This document shows, in pieces, positions 14,969 to 20,172 of a stretch of DNA of 20,172 bases (position 1 is the stretch's first letter; the number at the start of each line of letters is the position of its first letter). The position numbers and the translations under genes were made by a program. This stretch comes from Cyanobacteria bacterium P01_D01_bin.156 (GTDB taxonomy: Bacteria > Cyanobacteriota > Cyanobacteriia > Phormidesmidales > Phormidesmidaceae). Location: contig JBCCQQ010000086.1 of the NCBI GenBank assembly GCA_039024555.1, forward strand, positions 1 through 20,172. Direction: 5' to 3'. Below the pieces are notes generated by a model that saw only the letters and a program-made list of their open reading frames with translations, did not search any database and was not told the DNA's origin.

Positions 14969-16698
14969 TCAATGCGGGGCAGCGTCACCTTAAAGGTTGT
15001 GCCTTTACCAAGCTTACTCTCACAGGAGAGGCTACCTTGATGTAACTGTAGACAGGCATTCACCACGGAAAGCCCTAAGCCTGTTCCCGTTATACTGCCA
15101 ACGTTAGCACCCCGATAAAACGCTTCGTGCAGGTGAGCCTGGTCCGTTTCAGAGATACCAATGCCCTGATCCTGTACTTGAAATACGATGTGATGTTGAT
15201 GGCAAAACAACTCTAGACTCACCACAGGGTCAGCCTCAGAATACTTCACTGCATTGGACAGTAAGTTGGTCAAAATCGCCCGCAGTAGCTGGGGGTCTAT
15301 GTAGGCTTTCTCGCAGTTACCAGATGCCTTGAAATGAATGACTGGTGTAGTCTCAAAGCTAAACTGAACTTCTTCTACCAGCTGTTGACAATAGTGGGAA
15401 AGATTAACAATTTCTGGCTCAAACTGGAGTTTACCCGACTCAGCCCTAGATAACGTTAACAGGTCATTCAACAACTGATTCATCCGTTTAGCCGTGGCCC
15501 GGATGCGGCCATAGATGCGATGGTGGCCACTCTCTAACTTATTGGATTCTAGGGTTTGGGCCGAGAGCAGAATAGTGCTCAGGGGGGTGCGCAGCTCATG
15601 GGATGCCATGGAAAAAAGACGAATCTTAGCTTCGCTCAGCTCTCGAGTTCTGGCCAGCTCTGCCTGGGCCTGGAAAAGATAACGGGCAACAATGGTGGTA
15701 AGGAGTAACCCGATAATCAGCGTAGATAATGCGCCCCAAGGAGTGAGCGCTGGATAGTTAGCGGATGGGGTAAAGGTAATGGCCCACTGGCGACCTCCGG
15801 TGGTTAGGGTGTGGGTGCAGTTGGTAGGACACTGTACTGATTTTTGAGGCGGTGGCTTCTCTTGGGTAGTGAAGGTTTGGGTAATGGCATCGTAGTGGCC
15901 TAGAAATTGCTGGGCCGGTGGGGCGGTGCGATCGCGCAAACTAAAGTCAATATTGTCGTTAAATGTTTCCAACGATTCTTCCACCACGTCCGATACTCGA
16001 AACACCCCCAGAAGGTAGCCGCTAAGCTGCTCCCGCCGTACCGCCTGGGATGGTGGGATAGTAGCTCCCTTATAGAGGGGTAAAAATACAAGAAAACCAA
16101 ACTGATTTTTGTTTTCTTGCACGAGTCGAGTCCGGCCCGAAGCCGCGATCTTACCCGTATCGCGGGCAGTTTCTAGGGCAGTGCGGCGGGTGAGATCGGA
16201 AGTGAGATCGTAACCAAAAGCGAGTTCATTACCTGCCAGGGGTTGAATATAGGTGACTGGAATATAATGAGGACGCGACACAGCACGGGTGAGGCCACCC
16301 CTACTTTCTCGTTCAGTAATTTGAAATGTAGGATAGCCTTCAGCTTGAACAGTTGCTTCAAATGTGTTGCGGTCCTGTTCTAGAACTAAGGGAGCCCATT
16401 CTAACGCTTGAATGCCAGGATAAGTGGTCAGTGCCCGCTGGACAAAGCGATTAAACTCTTTACGGGAGACGGTTTGTTCTGAAACGCTGTAAAAGTCTCC
16501 CAGGGCCAGCAGCAAATCAGTGTAGCGGTTGATGCTGCGCTGGAGTGCGGTAGTAAGGCTATCAGTTTGGCGTTGAAACTGCAGGCGATAGTTTGCACGT
16601 TCCCAGCGAGCAACAGCCAGGGTGGCCAGAAGAGACAGGCCACTACCCAAAAGTAAGGTTATGAGAATGGGTAATGTGGGACGACGAATACGCACCAT
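14965..16698 (-). CDS. CHASE-domain membrane sensor histidine kinase
   Basis: Two TM segments flank a CHASE-like region (YPGIQALEWAP, PVTYIQP..GNE.AFGYDL, GFLVFLPLY). H-box SHELRTPL, N-box NLLSNAVKYS, DQGIG, GTGLGLS. Confidence 0.93.
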   Translation of the reverse strand: MVRIRRPTLPILITLLLGSGLSLLATLAVARWERANYRLQFQRQTDSLTTALQRSINRYTDLLLALGDFYSVSEQTVSRKEFNRFVQRALTTYPGIQALEWAPLVLEQDRNTFEATVQAEGYPTFQITERESRGGLTRAVSRPHYIPVTYIQPLAGNELAFGYDLTSDLTRRTALETARDTGKIAASGRTRLVQENKNQFGFLVFLPLYKGATIPPSQAVRREQLSGYLLGVFRVSDVVEESLETFNDNIDFSLRDRTAPPAQQFLGHYDAITQTFTTQEKPPPQKSVQCPTNCTHTLTTGGRQWAITFTPSANYPALTPWGALSTLIIGLLLTTIVARYLFQAQAELARTRELSEAKIRLFSMASHELRTPLSTILLSAQTLESNKLESGHHRIYGRIRATAKRMNQLLNDLLTLSRAESGKLQFEPEIVNLSHYCQQLVEEVQFSFETTPVIHFKASGNCEKAYIDPQLLRAILTNLLSNAVKYSEADPVVSLELFCHQHHIVFQVQDQGIGISETDQAHLHEAFYRGANVGSITGTGLGLSVVNACLQLHQGSLSCESKLGKGTTFKVTLPRID

Positions 16699-16716
16699 TA
16701 AGTCATATGACCTTAC

Positions 16717-17352
16717 CTATGGGGTATTAGCTTCAAATATAAGTTTAGCACCCAGCAATGAAAGAATGGTTCCAGCGGTACGATCTAGCCATTTTTTAGA
16801 TGCAAGATACCGAGCGCGGGGTGTGGTAGCAGAAAGTGTTAAGGCAACTAAAGAGTACCAGCCTGCTTCGATGATAAATACGACAATGGGCAGGGCAATA
16901 ACTGCAAAAGCAGGAACATTGCTAGGGAGAAGAGATGCAAAAACACTGGTGTAGACAACAGCGGTTTTAGGATTGCTGATTTGGGTGGTTAGGCCCAGAA
17001 AAAATGAATACCAAACTGGATTGTTCTGCGTTTGTTGTTCGGTGGCGCTTAGGGTGACGGACTGAGCGGAGTCTTGCCAGATTTTATAGCCGAGATAAAT
17101 TAGGTAGGCTCCCCCGAGAACTTTTAGGAAAATGTAGAGAACGGGTACGGCGGTGAGGAGAGTCAAGAGACCAAGTAGGGCAATGGTGGCAAACAGGACA
17201 CCGCCAATACCCATGCCTAGCGCTGCGGCAAGACCATCTTTGCGAGAGACCGCTAATGCGGTACGGGCAACCATAACAAAGCTAGGCCCAGGGCTCATGG
17301 CTCCAATGGTTAGAGCTACGGCAATGCTAAAAATAGCAGCAAATATTTCCAT
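16717..17352 (-). CDS. LysE/RhtB family amino-acid exporter
   Basis: SPGPSFVMV, GGAYLIYLGYKIW and TQISNPK; about six hydrophobic helices. Confidence 0.93.
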   Translation of the reverse strand: MEIFAAIFSIAVALTIGAMSPGPSFVMVARTALAVSRKDGLAAALGMGIGGVLFATIALLGLLTLLTAVPVLYIFLKVLGGAYLIYLGYKIWQDSAQSVTLSATEQQTQNNPVWYSFFLGLTTQISNPKTAVVYTSVFASLLPSNVPAFAVIALPIVVFIIEAGWYSLVALTLSATTPRARYLASKKWLDRTAGTILSLLGAKLIFEANTP

Positions 17353-17578
17353 GGTAGGCTCCAGTAGTTAGCTGGTAGGCTATCACAGACTTATAAATGG
17401 AGCCATCGAAGCTATTCATATTCAAATATTGCATGTTGCCCGTCCTCGAAAATTGCTAAAAACCTTACAAGCTGACAGCCAGGAGTGAACACATTAGCCG
17501 CAACCAGACTGAGCGAACTAAAAATACGTATTCAGAACTCTCATTAAAAATATCTCATTACCTACAGACCAGTAATAG

Positions 17579-17923
17579 CTATACGTACAATAACTGATTA
17601 TGTATTTCATCAGCGGTCAAGGCGTTTAAGATAATGCCAGCTCGCTTGGCTACTTCATAGGCATTGTTCTGTGGCGTTACAATAATGCCTGAATGCTCCT
17701 TTTCTGCTTGCACATACTCTAGATGCAATCTTTCAAAATCTACTCGATTGTGGGTGAGAATGCAGCGTTCTAATGATGTGGCAAAAGCTAATTGTTCTAC
17801 ATCCGAGTATCCTGTCACTTCTGCTTCGACAGTTGTTAAGACATCTAAACCTCGACTTCGTAAAAGTGTTGCAACCAGATTGGCAATATCTTCATCTGTG
17901 TAGAGCGATGCAAATATTTTCAT
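17579..17923 (-). CDS. DUF5615 family PIN-like toxin (VapC45-like)
   Basis: LYTDED, G.DV, SDVEQL.FA...RCILTHNRVDF and HSGII. 4-nt ATGA overlap with the upstream DUF433 gene. Confidence 0.9.
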   Translation of the reverse strand: MKIFASLYTDEDIANLVATLLRSRGLDVLTTVEAEVTGYSDVEQLAFATSLERCILTHNRVDFERLHLEYVQAEKEHSGIIVTPQNNAYEVAKRAGIILNALTADEIHNQLLYV

Positions 17924-18237
17924 TCTGCTTCTAGGGCTTTACGAACAGCAGGATGAATGAGTTCTTCTGGAATGCGATTAAGCTCAATATATTCGTTAAT
18001 TTCTGCCTGATTGTCTAAGTAAAAGCTGAGGGCGTCAAAAACTTGTGCCAGGGTCAGCTGCGGAAACTGTGTGGGAATTTCTTCTGCAGGTGTACCCAAC
18101 CGCCATTGGCCAACGAGAGTTCTTACGGAGACACGAGTGCCGACAACAGTTGGTTCCCCATCTAGAATAGCTGGATTTCGGGTAACGTATCTTGATGTAG
18201 TGGTTGCTGTCATCGCTTCAATCCACGTAGGGGTCAT
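17920..18237 (-). CDS. DUF433 antitoxin (VapB45-like); alternative start at 18213
   Basis: ILDGEPTVVGTRVSV...EEIPTQFPQLTLAQVFDALSFY, the DUF433 signature. Confidence 0.92.
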   Translation of the reverse strand: MTPTWIEAMTATTTSRYVTRNPAILDGEPTVVGTRVSVRTLVGQWRLGTPAEEIPTQFPQLTLAQVFDALSFYLDNQAEINEYIELNRIPEELIHPAVRKALEAE

Positions 18238-18515
18238 TAGTCCTTAGTATAGTTTTTGTTAGTGCGGGAATAATCGGTTCACCAATATCAACGTGTAGTT
18301 TTTGACGTAGCAGTACTTGAAGCGTTTGCTGTGAAATGCATCTTAGTAGTTCATTCATGCTGACGGTACATGAGCTTATTCAGAAGAGAAGATTACATCA
18401 TTTTGTCACAAATAATTGCAGAACTTACTGATGCAATGCGAGCAAGCATGAATTTAATTTGGGATAATTACTGTTAGTGAGTATAAGTCCTTCAATTTTC
18501 ATAGAATTTTGAAAA

Positions 18516-19100
18516 ATGCCTTCGAAAAAAGAGCTTCAGGCCATCCTCCAAGATCAATATGGCATTAATAAAAATATTAGCCAGCCCCTTGGTACTGAAG
18601 ATTGTGAGCAGTTACTAGCAACTTTGCAAAGCCAGCCCAGTGCCGTTAAGCTTGTGGATTCTTATGCTTCAAAGAATTCAGAGTTGGGAAAAAATAACCA
18701 GCACTATGGTCGCCTTCGTAGCAATGCAGAAAAAAAGCTGAAGAAGCTCCAATCGGAATATCAGGATCTAGAAGTACAAATTGAAACAATGGAGAAGGCT
18801 AAAGTCAATCTTTCTGAGCGGAAGCAGGTCATTAGCAAGGAAACAGCGGCCCTTGAAGCAGAAATTAAGCGGTTAACGGCTGAAAAGTCATTGCTAAACT
18901 CCAGGGTTCAAAACCTAACCACACAGAATGACGAGTTGGTGGATGCGAATACTCAGCTCAAAAAGGATAATAGGGAACTCAAAAACTTCGTTGACCAGAT
19001 CCGCTTGCGGCTGGCCCGAGATACTAAAATGCTGCTGCAGTATGAGGATAGTGAAATCCGTAAAGCGCTGATTCGTTTATTCCGATGGACCCTGGGGTAG
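18516..19100 (+). CDS. Hypothetical protein with a long (~100 aa) coiled coil
   Basis: 194-aa ORF with heptad-rich EKKLKKLQSEYQDLEVQI...LKNFVDQIRLRL and small N- and C-terminal caps. First of three co-oriented genes. Confidence 0.85.
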   Translation: MPSKKELQAILQDQYGINKNISQPLGTEDCEQLLATLQSQPSAVKLVDSYASKNSELGKNNQHYGRLRSNAEKKLKKLQSEYQDLEVQIETMEKAKVNLSERKQVISKETAALEAEIKRLTAEKSLLNSRVQNLTTQNDELVDANTQLKKDNRELKNFVDQIRLRLARDTKMLLQYEDSEIRKALIRLFRWTLG

Positions 19101-19111
19101 AGGGTATCGCC

Positions 19112-19543
19112 ATGGCTACTAAGAAACGGAAAAAAAGCAAGAAGCGTCTCTTCAGCGGTATGAGTTACCGCGAGGTACAGCGTTCGAACTCAGATCGGCG
19201 TAGCAAGCTACCGAAAAAAGATCGAACTTTGCTCAAAGAACAGGGATATAAAAATGTTGGTTGGGACAATGTTATTGCCCTCTATCAAAAAATCAACGAG
19301 CTTCTGCTACAGCCCGATCCAAATGAAGATACGCTCGAAGAACTATTTTTGAAAGCGGATCGAATTGGTAATAAGTATCAAACTCCAGAGGAAATTGCTG
19401 ATTTTAATCGAAAGTTAGCTGCTGAGGCGAACGAAATTGCTGAAATAGTGGATCGGCAGTTTCCAGAACCGGAGACAGAGTTTATTGACTATAGCCAGTC
19501 GAAAACAAAGGCTAAATCAAGGTCTAAACGTAAGCGTCGATAG
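19112..19543 (+). CDS. Hypothetical helical protein with strongly basic N- and C-terminal tails
   Basis: ORF-track start is 19085, but the in-frame ATG at 19112 follows a GAGGG RBS and avoids overlap. Tails are KKRKKSKKR and KTKAKSRSKRKRR. Confidence 0.8.
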   Translation: MATKKRKKSKKRLFSGMSYREVQRSNSDRRSKLPKKDRTLLKEQGYKNVGWDNVIALYQKINELLLQPDPNEDTLEELFLKADRIGNKYQTPEEIADFNRKLAAEANEIAEIVDRQFPEPETEFIDYSQSKTKAKSRSKRKRR

Positions 19544-19578
19544 GTTCTAAAAATCTCTCTTGATTGGAATGATTTATT

Positions 19579-20016
19579 ATGGCTGATAAAACATTAGAAG
19601 AACTCTTTGCTTTAGCCGATAAGGTTGGTAAGAAGCGATACCACCGATTGACGACACAAGACTTTGAAGACTATCGAAAGTTTGACCATTGGCGATATGT
19701 CAACGGAAATAGCGAGTGTGGAACGACTGCTGAAAGCAAGAAATGGGTTCGCAACAACGCTGACCGTCATTGTCCCATTTGCAATCAACGGTTTTCTGAT
19801 TGCGGTGGTCCAACCATCGATCACAAACTTCCTCGGGCTCAGTATCCTTGGCTTTCACTTGATTTTAGGAATTTCTGGGTGATCTGCCAAGACTGTAATC
19901 GGGAAAAGGGGGAACGGCATTGGTATGAGTATGAGCATTATATGTTTATTCATCATCGCGATCGCTACGAAGAGGTGCAATTTGCCCGTCCAAGACAATT
20001 GCTAAAGAGTCTATAG
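19579..20016 (+). CDS. Zinc-binding HNH endonuclease
   Basis: CPIC...TIDHKLPR...RNFWVICQDCNREKG (CxxC, DH, N, CxxCN) with an N-terminal extension of ~60 aa. Confidence 0.9.
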   Translation: MADKTLEELFALADKVGKKRYHRLTTQDFEDYRKFDHWRYVNGNSECGTTAESKKWVRNNADRHCPICNQRFSDCGGPTIDHKLPRAQYPWLSLDFRNFWVICQDCNREKGERHWYEYEHYMFIHHRDRYEEVQFARPRQLLKSL

Positions 20017-20053
20017 CCTGACAGCCAGGTAAGAATAAGCTTCACTGTACTTA

Positions 20054-20172
20054 GGGTTTGCTGAAAAACTGAATAGAAATCTCAGGGGTTATCCCATCGC
20101 CCAGACAGGGTCAGTAGTCCCTTTCCTAGAGGCAAGGATTTTCAGCCAGTCCTTGCATAGCGTTTCTGTAAA
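20054..20172. mobile_element. Probable terminus of an IS5-like element or MITE running off the window
   Basis: TTA-GGGTTTGCTGAAAAA (20051-20068) resembles a terminal repeat I recall from cyanobacterial IS/MITEs. The partner repeat is not in the window. Confidence 0.4.

Larger units (their letters stand above)
4089..19965. repeat. HIP1 octamers GCGATCGC (dispersed)
   Basis: Seen at 4089-4096, 9656-9663, 9793-9800, 15928-15935 and 19958-19965. Enrichment is typical of cyanobacteria. Confidence 0.8.

Noticed and set aside
18353..18453. 9-bp inverted repeat ATTCATGCT...AGCATGAAT in the divergent TA/HNH promoter region
   Set aside because: The arms are 83 nt apart with no further pairing or target duplication; compatible with chance.
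8806..19882. Remaining short antisense or alternate-frame ORFs (e.g. 11106-11465, 11407-11913, 16622-16954, 19612-19824)
   Set aside because: They overlap supported genes and lack coding signatures; those in the WD40 region stay open because of repeat periodicity.

Overview
Cyanobacterial chromosomal window (at least five HIP1 GCGATCGC octamers; cyanobacterial Uma2, WD40 and DUF433/DUF5615 families). It opens with the 3' end of an IS transposase and a Uma2 nuclease gene. A minus-strand nitrogen-scavenging cluster follows: biuret hydrolase (biuH), an ABC ATPase with no permease or binding-protein partner in the window, a cupin and triuret hydrolase (trtA). This runs into a small Cys-motif protein, a COG0523/CobW GTPase and a WD40 protein. 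Next is a large plus-strand gene encoding three TIR domains, a transmembrane helix and 14 WD40 repeats. It is split by a 142-bp MITE with perfect 18-bp terminal inverted repeats and a 9-bp target duplication; removing the MITE restores a single 1357-aa ORF. After that come a formamidase (amiF-like), a lipoprotein metzincin protease, a convergent OmpR regulator/CHASE kinase pair, a LysE exporter and a DUF433/DUF5615 toxin-antitoxin pair. The window ends with an uncharacterised three-gene operon (coiled-coil protein, basic protein, Zn-HNH nuclease) and the probable end of another IS/MITE. The best candidates for undescribed biology are the coiled-coil/basic/HNH operon, the NTPase-less triple-TIR membrane WD40 receptor, and the biuret/triuret cluster linked to a metallochaperone module. 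All family assignments come from motif recognition, not database searches.
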